Source: an uncultured Bacillales bacterium (GTDB taxonomy: Bacteria > Bacillota_I > Bacilli_A > RF39 > UBA660). Taken from it: DNA of 64,000 nucleotides. The position numbers were made by a program, and so were the translations under genes. The stretch spans positions 12,932-76,931 of the forward strand of contig CAMKGA010000003.1 of assembly GCA_946412015.1 (NCBI GenBank), given 5' to 3'. The notes under the pieces are model-generated. The model searched no databases. It saw only the letters and a list, made by a program, of their open reading frames with translations, and was not told the origin of the DNA. Shown here piece by piece: positions 20,449-30,181 of this stretch. Positions within the stretch are counted from its first letter, which is position 1; each line of letters starts with the position of its first letter.

Positions 20449-20889
20449 TTACCAAGCAAAATTATCTCTTGAGTTATGTTTTGTAACATTAACTGGATAA
20501 GTTTCACTATCTTTATTATCACTAGTAACATACAATGAAAAATCGTAATATTTAAGTTCTCTTTTCTTAAAAGTATTTAACATTTCACTTGCAGCATTTT
20601 TAATTTGTTCTAAATCTGTATCTTCTTTTAAATTAACAACTACTTTAATAGTACACAACTGCGTATATATCTTAACTTTTTTGACACTCTCTATTTTTTC
20701 AAAAGGTTCTTTAGCTTTTTTTATTGTTTTATTAGATAACTCATAGTTTTCGTAATCACCACATCTATCACCATGTACGCTTTTATTACCACCTATTACC
20801 TTAACTAAAACAAAAAATAAGATTATTAAGATAATAATAAATGCAATTATAATAATTTTCTTATTTTTTATTAGATTTTTCATATACAC
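20449..20889 (-). CDS. hypothetical membrane-anchored protein
   Basis: N-terminal TM segment (IIIIAFIIILIILFFVLV) and a soluble 100-aa domain. No motif recognised. Confidence 0.6.
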   Translation of the reverse strand: MYMKNLIKNKKIIIIAFIIILIILFFVLVKVIGGNKSVHGDRCGDYENYELSNKTIKKAKEPFEKIESVKKVKIYTQLCTIKVVVNLKEDTDLEQIKNAASEMLNTFKKRELKYYDFSLYVTSDNKDSETYPVNVTKHNSRDNFAW

Positions 20890-20894
20890 CTCAA

Positions 20895-21314
20895 TTAATC
20901 ATTTTGTTTACTTTCTAATTTTTCTAATACATCTTTTGTTACATCAATTGCTTTACATCTAACTGCGCTTGCAGCTTTTTCCAGTGCAGGAGTTCCTTTA
21001 TCAACAACATATTCAACTAATTCTTCTGCCATTTCTCTAATCTTTTTACCTTGTTTTTTTGCTGCAGCTATAACAGTTTCTTTATCTAAATTAGAAATAG
21101 CTTCCTTTAACTCACTAATTTTAGTTTCAATAGCTATTTTTACATCTTCTTTAGTTATTTGTTTAGCTTTATCAATTAATTCATCCATCTTTTCCTTTAA
21201 CATTTTACGTGTATCTTTACCACTTCTTGGGGCAAACAAAATTCCAAGCCCCGCTCCTACTGCTGCTCCAACAGCAAACATTCCTAATCTACTTTTTTTA
21301 CTCATCAATATCAT
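20895..21314 (-). CDS. YtxH-like general stress protein
   Basis: GAAVGAGLGILFAPRSGKDTRKMLKEKM is the YtxH signature. Helical remainder. Confidence 0.8.
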   Translation of the reverse strand: MILMSKKSRLGMFAVGAAVGAGLGILFAPRSGKDTRKMLKEKMDELIDKAKQITKEDVKIAIETKISELKEAISNLDKETVIAAAKKQGKKIREMAEELVEYVVDKGTPALEKAASAVRCKAIDVTKDVLEKLESKQND

Positions 21315-21603
21315 TTCCTTTCTTTCTATTTACAAATCTACCAATTAAATTGGTTATTGCTACAACTATTTTATCACTAACACCATCAACAAAATCGCCA
21401 GTTTTTTCAGCTATATTAAATAATCCTGATGTTTGTGACAATTTATCATTTACATCATCAATGGTTTTTTCCACTTTTGAAATTAAACCAATTGATTTTA
21501 TAACAAATACAATTAATACAACCACAAGCACTATTAATGCAATAAATAACTGTGCTAGTAAAAAATCTGAAATATTAATCGTCATATTTTTCATCTCCTT
21601 CAT
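21298..21603 (-). CDS. DUF948 (YtxG-like) membrane protein
   Basis: N-terminal TM segment plus coiled region. Its position upstream of the YtxH homolog mirrors the Bacillus ytxG-ytxH order. Confidence 0.7.
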   Translation of the reverse strand: MKEMKNMTINISDFLLAQLFIALIVLVVVLIVFVIKSIGLISKVEKTIDDVNDKLSQTSGLFNIAEKTGDFVDGVSDKIVVAITNLIGRFVNRKKGNDIDE

Positions 21604-22516
21604 ACATTGTATCTATCAAATTAAATAAATCATCATCTTCAATATCGCTATTATCATTTATACTTTTATTATTATTAATATTAGCATTGGTATTATTATC
21701 TTTATTAAGTAGTGTATCAAGTTCTTTACCAATATCCATAGTAATATTTTCTAAATCTCTTAAATCTGTATCATTAGTTTTACTTTCCTCTTCAATATCA
21801 TCAAAAAAGTTATCATACTTGTTATCATCTTTTTTCTTTTCATCTTTAAATAAAATTGAATTACTACCAAATAAAGTATTTTCAAGTTCATCTTCAAGTG
21901 ATCCATAAGCTTTTTCACGAATTGAATCAACAGAAAGTCCATCTATCGACTTATAGTCTGTATCATTTTTACTTACAATATCTTCTTTATGATAATTTTT
22001 ATCAAGAATTCCATAAACTGGTGAAATAATTGGCGTTGGTTTAAATTTATGTGTTTTTACCTCAACTTTAATATTCCCTTGATATGGCTCTTTTACTCCA
22101 CTATTTTCTTCATTATACTTTTCTAAATATTCATTTGCACTTTTATGAGGATCATAATCCATTTTCTTAGGCTCAGTATCAACTACTTCATCTTTATTAC
22201 TATGAATACTACTTCTAGTATATTCTAAATTAGTATCTTTTTTTTCTTTAAAATCCTTTTCTTTATTAATATTTCTATTCGAATTTTTACTAAAATAATT
22301 ATCTAGATCATTAAAATCATCATCAGTAAAGAAAATTGGTTTTTTTTCTTCTTTTTTTTCTTCTTTTACTTTTGCTTGATTAAAATCTTCCAATGAAACA
22401 TCATTTTTTTTCTTTTTAGTTACGACTTGTTCAACCATCACTTCATCATTTTTCGGTTCTTCCTCAACAACTTCAGTAAACATATTTTTTACCTTATCTA
22501 AAAACTTCATAATCAT
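21575..22516 (-). CDS. hypothetical acidic low-complexity protein
   Basis: 313-aa ORF rich in D/E/K/N, coupled by overlap to both flanking genes. No motif recognised. Confidence 0.6.
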   Translation of the reverse strand: MIMKFLDKVKNMFTEVVEEEPKNDEVMVEQVVTKKKKNDVSLEDFNQAKVKEEKKEEKKPIFFTDDDFNDLDNYFSKNSNRNINKEKDFKEKKDTNLEYTRSSIHSNKDEVVDTEPKKMDYDPHKSANEYLEKYNEENSGVKEPYQGNIKVEVKTHKFKPTPIISPVYGILDKNYHKEDIVSKNDTDYKSIDGLSVDSIREKAYGSLEDELENTLFGSNSILFKDEKKKDDNKYDNFFDDIEEESKTNDTDLRDLENITMDIGKELDTLLNKDNNTNANINNNKSINDNSDIEDDDLFNLIDTMYEGDEKYDD

Positions 22517-23115
22517 TCTCCTTCTTTATCTTTTTGTAAAACAAATTTTTCTGTTTTATCATTAGTTTTATATAAATCGTATTTCCCGGTTTTATTAGTA
22601 AAATATTCATCATCTAACATAGTTTTTATTAATTTTTTATTATAATTTATAGTAGATAATATGTATGATGCATTCATTATCGTAGTATTTAAATTCTCTT
22701 TTGTAACTAATGCCTCAATTCTAGCATAATTATAATAAAAGTTAATATAATACAAATCATCTTGTTTTGTAACTTCTACATAGCCTTTTTGTTTTCCATT
22801 ATTAATTTTCTTGTAAAAGTATGAATTATTACTTTTCTTATAATTTATATCATTTTTATAATAATAACTTACTATATCAACATATAAATACAAATATTCT
22901 CCATTATAGTATAATGTATGCATTAAATCATTGGTATCAATATGATTAACACCATTAGGAATATAATATTTATAACCTTGACCATCTTCATTATACAGTG
23001 TATTTTTTTTAGATAATATAACATCTACTGTATTATCTATACTAGATACATCAATACGAACTATAGAGCACCCCGTAACTGTAAAAAGTAATAAAATGAT
23101 TAATATTTTTTTCAT
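22513..23115 (-). CDS. putative lipoprotein
   Basis: MKKILIILLLFTVTGCS provides a signal peptide and a lipobox Cys. Confidence 0.75.
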   Translation of the reverse strand: MKKILIILLLFTVTGCSIVRIDVSSIDNTVDVILSKKNTLYNEDGQGYKYYIPNGVNHIDTNDLMHTLYYNGEYLYLYVDIVSYYYKNDINYKKSNNSYFYKKINNGKQKGYVEVTKQDDLYYINFYYNYARIEALVTKENLNTTIMNASYILSTINYNKKLIKTMLDDEYFTNKTGKYDLYKTNDKTEKFVLQKDKEGE

Positions 23116-23213
23116 ACGGTCACCCTTTCTTAATCATTATATCAAAAAAAAATAGGATTTCCTAATTTTTTAGCAATTTGACATTTTTTATATGTAAACA
23201 TCATGTATAATAG

Positions 23214-23843
23214 CTATTTTTTTATTACATCTACCATATATATAGGATATCCCTTGTTAGAAAATTTAATTTCATATTCTGTTTCTACATTAGAAATATC
23301 ATCCTTATGCAAATCTAGAGAAATCATATTTATTCTATAACCATAATCAGTAAATGATTTTAGTGAATACTCAAATAATTTTCTATTATCAGTTTTAAAT
23401 GTAATATTTTTTTTACTTTTAAAAATATTATCATATTTTTTAAGAAAATTTTCTGATGTAAGTCTTCTTTTTTCATGCCTTTCCTTAGGCCAAGGATCAG
23501 AAAAATTTAAATATAATCTTTCTATCTCTTTATCAAACACTTCTATAATTTTTTCAGCATCCATTTTAATTAGTTTTAAATTAGGAATATCTTCAAATTC
23601 AAGTTTTTCAATTGCTCTTACCATAACACTATCAAATTTCTCAATTCCAATATAATTTATATCAGGATTATTTTTAGCCATATTAATAATAAACAATCCT
23701 TTTCCCATACCTATTTCTATATCAATAGGATTATTATTTAAAAACAAACTATTAAATTTTCCTTTATAATCTTGATAATTATTAATAATATAATTAGATG
23801 CATCTATTTTTTCTTTTGCACCTTTAACATTTCTAAGTCTCAT
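23214..23843 (-). CDS. trmB: tRNA (guanine46-N7)-methyltransferase
   Basis: IEIGMGKG, GIEKF, FSDPWPKERHEKRRL, typical of TrmB. Confidence 0.92.
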   Translation of the reverse strand: MRLRNVKGAKEKIDASNYIINNYQDYKGKFNSLFLNNNPIDIEIGMGKGLFIINMAKNNPDINYIGIEKFDSVMVRAIEKLEFEDIPNLKLIKMDAEKIIEVFDKEIERLYLNFSDPWPKERHEKRRLTSENFLKKYDNIFKSKKNITFKTDNRKLFEYSLKSFTDYGYRINMISLDLHKDDISNVETEYEIKFSNKGYPIYMVDVIKK

Positions 23844-23933
23844 AATACATCACTCAAATTAAGTATATCATTTTTAGTAAGTTTTGTAAATTAATTAGTT
23901 ATTTTACATATAATATTATGAATAGGAGGTTAT

Positions 23934-24161
23934 ATGAAAGATAAAAGAAATTGTAACATGTATCCAGTATACCCTAACATGCCTTATATGAATCAGATGC
24001 CTATGCCAATGCCATACTATGAAAATATGAACAATATGGATATTAATAGTATAGAAAGGCAAATTAATAATTTAGAAAATAGAGTTTCTGCTCTAGAACG
24101 AAAATTAATGAACCAGCAAGGTAAAAATACATATTCAGAATCAAATTATTACATGGTTTAA
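23934..24161 (+). CDS. hypothetical Met/Pro/Asn/Tyr-rich small protein with C-terminal coiled coil
   Basis: AGGAGG upstream. Reads MYPVYPNMPYMNQMPMPMPYYENMNNM then IERQINNLENRVSALERKL. Composition is reminiscent of spore-coat proteins, but that link is only inference. Confidence 0.55.
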   Translation: MKDKRNCNMYPVYPNMPYMNQMPMPMPYYENMNNMDINSIERQINNLENRVSALERKLMNQQGKNTYSESNYYMV

Positions 24162-24226
24162 TCCATGTTTTTTTATTATTATGAATAATTATTTTTTATT
24201 TAACCATTATATATTAGGAGGAATTT

Positions 24227-24433
24227 ATGAATATAGATATAAGAAACAGTATTAAAAATAATTTTAAAAAAAGTAATAGCAACGAAATATTTGAATCTAT
24301 TGAAAACGCTGTAAGTGATAAAGATGAAATTACACTTCCTGGATTAGGAGTATTTTTTGAATTACTTTGGAAAGAGGCAAGTAATACTGAGAAGAATAGT
24401 ATTATAGAAAAAATAAAGAAAGGCTTATTGTAA
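24227..24433 (+). CDS. sspI: small acid-soluble spore protein SspI
   Basis: NIDIRNSI...ITLPGLGVFFELLWKEASNTEKNSIIEKIKKGL aligns with B. subtilis SspI (LPGLGVLFEVIW...). AGGAGG RBS. Confidence 0.85.
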   Translation: MNIDIRNSIKNNFKKSNSNEIFESIENAVSDKDEITLPGLGVFFELLWKEASNTEKNSIIEKIKKGLL

Positions 24434-24445
24434 CCTTTCTTTTTA
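24416..24445. terminator. bidirectional terminator between sspI and glyQS
   Basis: 8-bp stem AAGAAAGG / CCTTTCTT (24416-24423 / 24434-24441), followed by a T-run. Confidence 0.55.
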
Positions 24446-25804
24446 AAATCTTACTTTTTCTTCGACAAACTTAACAATATCATCAACGCTTATTACTACT
24501 TGTTCCATAGTATCTCTAAATCTAACTGTAACTGTATTATTATTAATAGTTTCATCATCAATAGTTATACAAAATGGTGTACCTATAACGTCTGCCCTTC
24601 TATATCTTTTACCAATAGAACCAGATGAGTCTATATCTGTCATAAAGTATTTAGATAATTTAGTATATATATCATTTGCTTTATCACTATGATATTTCTT
24701 AACAAGTGGTAATACACATACTTTGTAAGGAGCTAGGAAGTTAGATAATTTTAATACTTCTCTTTCAGTTCCATCTTCTAATGTTTCCACATTATATGCA
24801 TCAAAAAGTAGTGCAAGTACTGTTCTATCAAGTCCATATGTAGATTCAACTATATATGGAATATATTTTTCATTAGTATCTGGATCTAAATATTCCATTG
24901 ATTTACCACTATATTCTTGGTGACGAGATAAATCATAGTTTGTACGATTATGAGTTCCATTAACCTCTCCCCAACCAAACGGAAATTTATATTCAATATC
25001 ACACGCAGCTTTTGCATAATGTGCAAGTTTTTCATGATCATGAAACCTTAACTTATCTTCTGGAAGGCCTAAATCCATATAGAATTTCTTACCATATTCT
25101 TTAAAATATTCATAAAGTTCCATATCATTTCCTTCCTTACAAAAAGTCTGATATTCCATTTGTTCGAATTCAATTGTCCTAAAAGTAAAATTACCTGGTG
25201 TAATTTCATTTCTAAATGCCTTGCCTATTTGTCCTATACTAAATGGTAATTTAGCACGCATACTTCTTTGAACGTTCAAAAAATTTACATATTCTCCCTG
25301 AGCATTTTCTGGTCTTAAATATACAATACTTTTAGAATCTTGAATAACACCTCTATGTGTTTCAAACATAAGCTTAAATTGTCTGATATCAGTAAAATTT
25401 GTTTTACCACATTTAGGACATGGTACATTATAATCATTAATATATTTAACCATCTCTTCATTACTCATAGCATCCCCTATAGAACTATCAGTAAAATCAT
25501 TTATTAAATTATCTGCACGATGTCTTGTTTTGCATTCCTTACAATCAAGTAAAGGATCTGCAAACGATTCAACATGTCCAGATGCTTCCCAAACTCTAGG
25601 ATGCATTAAAATATCTGCATCTACTTCATAAGCGTTACTTCTTTCTTGTATAAATCTTTTTCTCCAAGCATCTTTTACATTATTTTTAAGTCTTGTTCCA
25701 AGTGGCCCATAATCCCAAGTATTAGCAAGGCCACCATATATTTCACTACCTTGATAAATGAAACCATATTGTTTACAAAAATTAACTAATTTTTCCATTT
25801 CCAT
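24443..25804 (-). CDS. glyQS: glycine--tRNA ligase (single-chain, GlyQS type)
   Basis: Full-length class II GlyRS: YGGLANTWDYGPLG, FRNEITPGNFTFRTIEFEQME, GLDR. The start was set at the ATG at 25804 (AGGAGGG RBS). The 21 upstream codons in the track ORF are the translated T-box leader. Confidence 0.95.
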   Translation of the reverse strand: MEMEKLVNFCKQYGFIYQGSEIYGGLANTWDYGPLGTRLKNNVKDAWRKRFIQERSNAYEVDADILMHPRVWEASGHVESFADPLLDCKECKTRHRADNLINDFTDSSIGDAMSNEEMVKYINDYNVPCPKCGKTNFTDIRQFKLMFETHRGVIQDSKSIVYLRPENAQGEYVNFLNVQRSMRAKLPFSIGQIGKAFRNEITPGNFTFRTIEFEQMEYQTFCKEGNDMELYEYFKEYGKKFYMDLGLPEDKLRFHDHEKLAHYAKAACDIEYKFPFGWGEVNGTHNRTNYDLSRHQEYSGKSMEYLDPDTNEKYIPYIVESTYGLDRTVLALLFDAYNVETLEDGTEREVLKLSNFLAPYKVCVLPLVKKYHSDKANDIYTKLSKYFMTDIDSSGSIGKRYRRADVIGTPFCITIDDETINNNTVTVRFRDTMEQVVISVDDIVKFVEEKVRF

Positions 25805-25950
25805 AAATATCCCTCCTAAAAAATAAAGAGATTCTATAATATAGGGACGAATTAATCGTGGTTCCACCCTACTTAGAATCTCATTAAATAATCGCTCTTA
25901 AGTTTCCACCTTAGTCATCGCTTTCACATGTATTATATTATATTTAATTT
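25805..25950 (-). promoter_or_regulatory. T-box leader (tRNA-Gly-responsive transcription attenuator) of glyQS
   Basis: The minus strand shows GTGAAAGCGA (stem I distal element). It also shows the conserved T-box sequence AGTAGGGTGGAACCACG (rc of 25857-25873). A terminator stem GAGATTCTA...TAGAATCTC (25874-25882 / 25828-25836) encloses TAGGG/CCCTA and is followed by TTTATTTTTT. Confidence 0.8.
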
Positions 25951-27691
25951 ATTTTGTAAAGCTATTATCAGATACATTTATACCACTATCAATTTCTTTA
26001 TTTACACTTTGATTTGGAAATCTTTCTTCCATACTTTTAACATGATATATAATATCAGCACCTTGACAAATATAATCACTATTTTTACTTATTAATATAC
26101 TAGCTATTTTTCTACCTTCCATATCTTTACAATCAAAGTCTTTATTTACGGTTCTAACACAGTACAATATCTTATAATCACGAGCAAGCTCATCAACACA
26201 TTCTTTACTAAAATCATATTCTTTAAAATCTGTATTTTCACGAGCAACTATTTTATTACTCTCTTTATCATAATAAGATGAAACATCAACACCATCTTTT
26301 ATTAAAATCAAATCATATGAATCACTATTATTATCTTTATAATAATGAATAGAATGCCATTGATTTAAATACTTATAAAATTCCTCTTTATCTATTTCTT
26401 TTTTATATTCATATAAATCAGCAAGCTCAACAATATCTAAATCAATAGCTTTAGCAGTTTCACAAGTTATTATTATATCCATACCATGACTTTGATTCTT
26501 AAAATAAGTTTTATCTATATAAGTTCCATCAAAAACATATATATCATGATCATCCATAATATCTTGATTATACATATTTTTATATAATTTATGTATTAAA
26601 TTAGTAATTAATTCATGGTCAGGATTGCCATCAAAAGGTGACAATTTTAATTGATTTATTAAAACATTATAATCACTTTCACTCAAATTATCTCTAAGAA
26701 GCTTGTCAAACTCACTATCATCTCCACTAAAAATATAATTCCACATAACTTCAGGGCCTAGTGTTTCAATAAGTAATTTGAAATTAAAACAAGCTTCTTG
26801 ATAGGAATAAGCATCTCTATTAAAATATTCTGAAGATATAACCTCAGCAGATGCTTCCGCTAAATAAATATAACAATCAGCTTGCAAAGCATGTATAAAT
26901 TCATGGCCTACAACACTCTTTTTATAATTATCTTGTATACCAAGTTCTTTAAAATTATTTGCAAGGCACATCTCATTAATTCCATAATAAACGCCGGCCT
27001 CACCATTGTAAAATTCATCATAAACTATTCCGAAATTATTAAACCTATCATCAATTATATATTCCATGATTGTATTAGTATAATAAGGTATCACATCAGA
27101 TAGTAGTTGATAATTACTTAAAAATTCTTTTTCACCATTATTTAATCTATTAGAAGAATATATCATTTTTATGAATGACTCAACGGTTATATTATTAATC
27201 TGCATATTAATACTTGAATATGATATATTTAATCCACTTACAGAATTATTAATCTTTTCATTATCAAATTTAGCTGTTATTACAGAAAATATTAAAATAA
27301 TATTGCCAATAAGTGTAAATCCTTTTCTAGCAATTTGAATAAAGGTATCTTTTTTATTCTTATTAGATTTTAATTTATTATTATGAAGTACAGCACTCTT
27401 ACTATTAGCAAGCAAAAACATTAGCAAATCTTCTTTATTATCTTTTATATAATGATACAAATCACTATTATAATCATAGTATATATCATAGATTCCATTA
27501 TTTTTTACAAAGGCACAATTATCATTAATTCTAATGAAATCATACATTTCATTTAAAATATTTTTATTTAGTGCAGTGATATTATTATCACTAATAGTAA
27601 TGCCATGATATGCTAACGAATTATTTATTTGATCTAAATAAACTAAATACTCTATATTTTTTATTTTATTCTTAAAGCGAAAAGCAAGCAC
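25949..27691 (-). CDS. hypothetical membrane-associated protein with HExxH zinc-metalloprotease motif
   Basis: TM-like segment GFTLIGNIILIFSVITA, then VVGHEFIHALQ (HExxH). No family recognised. Confidence 0.65.
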   Translation of the reverse strand: MLAFRFKNKIKNIEYLVYLDQINNSLAYHGITISDNNITALNKNILNEMYDFIRINDNCAFVKNNGIYDIYYDYNSDLYHYIKDNKEDLLMFLLANSKSAVLHNNKLKSNKNKKDTFIQIARKGFTLIGNIILIFSVITAKFDNEKINNSVSGLNISYSSINMQINNITVESFIKMIYSSNRLNNGEKEFLSNYQLLSDVIPYYTNTIMEYIIDDRFNNFGIVYDEFYNGEAGVYYGINEMCLANNFKELGIQDNYKKSVVGHEFIHALQADCYIYLAEASAEVISSEYFNRDAYSYQEACFNFKLLIETLGPEVMWNYIFSGDDSEFDKLLRDNLSESDYNVLINQLKLSPFDGNPDHELITNLIHKLYKNMYNQDIMDDHDIYVFDGTYIDKTYFKNQSHGMDIIITCETAKAIDLDIVELADLYEYKKEIDKEEFYKYLNQWHSIHYYKDNNSDSYDLILIKDGVDVSSYYDKESNKIVARENTDFKEYDFSKECVDELARDYKILYCVRTVNKDFDCKDMEGRKIASILISKNSDYICQGADIIYHVKSMEERFPNQSVNKEIDSGINVSDNSFTK

Positions 27692-27695
27692 AAAA

Positions 27696-28418
27696 TCACC
27701 TCATAAGTTCATTAAATAGTTTTTTACTTTGTAAATAAATACCAGTATATTTTTCATAATATTCATAAATAAATTTATCAATTTTAATCATAACATCTTT
27801 AGAGACATTAATTTTATCTAACTTATTTAAATCAATCATATCATACATTTTAAAGAGTTTTAAAACTTTTATATCCATTTTAGCATTAGTGCAATTAGAA
27901 CACAAATACCCTGAATAATCAAGTGATAAATATACTATATTTTTAGAACCACAAATTGCACAATTATCAAGATTAAGTTTCAACCCTAAATATTTAAGTA
28001 ATTTTATCTCAACAATATTTACAACACCAAGAGCATTAATTTCATTATCAATTTTTATAAGAGCACTAAGTAATAAATCAAATATTTCATAGTTCATATT
28101 TTGCTTATAAACTTGAATACATAACTTAACCAGATAAGTGCTTGCACTAATTTTAACTATATCCTTTAATGTATTTTTAAAACTATTAATTAAGTCAACA
28201 CTTTTAAGTGTTGAAATACTTTTATTCTCATAAATGCAAAACTCTCCATATGATAAAAAATTAGTACCTTTAAAATTAGAATTTTTAACGTTTTTTGCAC
28301 CCTTAGCAATTATACTATAAATACCATTTTGAGTAATTACTTCAATAATCTTACTAGTATCTTTATAATCTATTTCTTTTATAACTATGCCTTTAATTTT
28401 TTTAATCATAATCTTCAA
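27696..28418 (-). CDS. recO: DNA repair protein RecO
   Basis: N-terminal OB region IKGIVIKEIDYKDTSKII and zinc motif CAICGS...CSNC. Conserved position downstream of era. Confidence 0.85.
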   Translation of the reverse strand: MKIMIKKIKGIVIKEIDYKDTSKIIEVITQNGIYSIIAKGAKNVKNSNFKGTNFLSYGEFCIYENKSISTLKSVDLINSFKNTLKDIVKISASTYLVKLCIQVYKQNMNYEIFDLLLSALIKIDNEINALGVVNIVEIKLLKYLGLKLNLDNCAICGSKNIVYLSLDYSGYLCSNCTNAKMDIKVLKLFKMYDMIDLNKLDKINVSKDVMIKIDKFIYEYYEKYTGIYLQSKKLFNELMR

Positions 28419-28656
28419 TAAGTTTAAAGCGATATTCCTGAATGATATCAGGATATATATCTTTATCTACTTTCTCACAAAAAAGTTCAATAGGACGTGT
28501 CCAAATCCTATGAATCCCATCTAATTGCTCATAAACAACAACTTCATTAAGTGGCTCTCCTTTAGGAGTAGTTGAATCACAAGCAATAAACAATACTCTA
28601 AAGTATTTACCTAAAAAATGTCTATAAACCTTCCCCACTATTACTTCCATCTTCAT
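28402..28656 (-). CDS. DUF1653-like small protein
   Basis: GKVYRHFLGKYFRV...VVVYEQL...IWTRPIELF resembles the DUF1653 pattern YRHYKG..Y...VVY..L...W.RP..MF. Confidence 0.6.
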   Translation of the reverse strand: MKMEVIVGKVYRHFLGKYFRVLFIACDSTTPKGEPLNEVVVYEQLDGIHRIWTRPIELFCEKVDKDIYPDIIQEYRFKLIEDYD

Positions 28657-28769
28657 CTTCCTTACTTTTATATTTTAAATAATATTCTATCTTACCTGTA
28701 TTTTTGAATAGAAGCCAATATAATTCTTTCATTTAATCACCTAATTAATTATGTAAAAAAAATTATTTT

Positions 28770-29654
28770 TTATTCTTTAAAATCATTAAATCCATATTCA
28801 TTTAAATACTTTTCTTTTTCTCGCCATTTTTTTACAGTTTTAACAAATAATTCTAAATATACTTTTTTTCCTATTAAGTTTTCTATCTCAACTCTAGCAA
28901 GTGTTCCAATTTTTTTTATTTTTTCACCTTTAGATCCAATAATAATTTTTTTAAGTGATTCTCTATCAACAATAATTGAAACTAAAATATTATAACTATT
29001 ATTATTCTTAATAACACTATCTAAAACACAAGTTATTCCATGTGGAACCTCATCGTGCGTATTTAAAAAAACTTTTTCTCTTACAATTTCTGCAATCTGA
29101 AATTCAATTGATTTATTAGTTATATCATTTTTACCATAATATAAAATATTATCAGGTAAATATTTTTTTAATACATTAATAAGTTCTTTTACATTATTCT
29201 TTTTTAATGCAGAAACAGGTACAATATCAGAAAAATTATATAAATTATTATAATCAGTTATTAATTTTATCAATTCTTCTTTTGTTATTTTATCTATTTT
29301 ATTAATTACTAAAATAACATCTTTATGTACTTTAGATATTTCATTTATGACAAATTCATCACCTTTTCCAATGCCACTCGTATCTACAACAAACATAATA
29401 AAATCAGTATCATTAATACTATAATAAGCTTGATTATTTAATGTTTTGCCAAGCTTAGAACTAGGTTTATGAATTCCTGGTGTATCTACAAAAATAATCT
29501 GTGTATCTTCTTCATTGTAAATTCCCTGAATAATATTACGAGTAGTTTGCGGTTTATTAGATGTGATTGCAACTTTTTTCCCTATAATGCTATTAATCAA
29601 AGTACTTTTCCCCACATTAGGTCTTCCTACAACACTTACAAATCCACTTTTCAT
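28770..29654 (-). CDS. era: GTPase Era
   Basis: GRPNVGKST (G1), DTPG (G3), NKID (G4), and a C-terminal KH domain (IIGSKGEKIKKIG). Confidence 0.96.
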   Translation of the reverse strand: MKSGFVSVVGRPNVGKSTLINSIIGKKVAITSNKPQTTRNIIQGIYNEEDTQIIFVDTPGIHKPSSKLGKTLNNQAYYSINDTDFIMFVVDTSGIGKGDEFVINEISKVHKDVILVINKIDKITKEELIKLITDYNNLYNFSDIVPVSALKKNNVKELINVLKKYLPDNILYYGKNDITNKSIEFQIAEIVREKVFLNTHDEVPHGITCVLDSVIKNNNSYNILVSIIVDRESLKKIIIGSKGEKIKKIGTLARVEIENLIGKKVYLELFVKTVKKWREKEKYLNEYGFNDFKE

Positions 29655-30109
29655 TTTTCCCTCGTTATTTCTAATTTATCTAAAATATCTTCTTGCTTTT
29701 GAAACATTACTTTTTCATCATTTATATTCATATGATCATACCCAAGTAAATGAAGTATTCCATGCACTGTTAAAAAACTTAATTCTCTTTTTTCAGAATG
29801 TCCATATTCTAACGCTTGAGATTTAACTTTATCAATTGATATATATATATCGCCTAAAACTCTAATAGGAAGTTTTACAAAAGTATCATCATCTTCTAAA
29901 GCAAATGATATAACATCTGTTTCCCTATCTACACCTCTATATTCTTTATTAATCTTATGTATATAAGAATTATCTACTATTATAATATTCAAAACAGCAT
30001 TAGATACTTTTTCATATTCTAATGCATAATTAGCTACTTTATATAATAATTCTTCATCAATAGATTCATTTGTATTATTAGTTATATTTATTTCATTCAT
30101 ATTTATCAC
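29651..30109 (-). CDS. ybeY: rRNA maturation endoribonuclease YbeY
   Basis: HGILHLLGYDH metal-binding signature. Overlaps the era start. Confidence 0.95.
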   Translation of the reverse strand: MINMNEINITNNTNESIDEELLYKVANYALEYEKVSNAVLNIIIVDNSYIHKINKEYRGVDRETDVISFALEDDDTFVKLPIRVLGDIYISIDKVKSQALEYGHSEKRELSFLTVHGILHLLGYDHMNINDEKVMFQKQEDILDKLEITREK

Positions 30110-30181
30110 ACTATAATTATATTATAAATTGTATTTTTTGTAAACTATGTCAAATAAAAAAGGCAATTATAAATTACCTTT

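Noticed and set aside
25805-25867. N-terminal extension of glyQS (MEPRLIRPYIIESLYFLGGIF) in the track ORF.
   Set aside because: These codons are the T-box sequence and terminator read as protein. A strong AGGAGGG RBS precedes the internal ATG at 25804.
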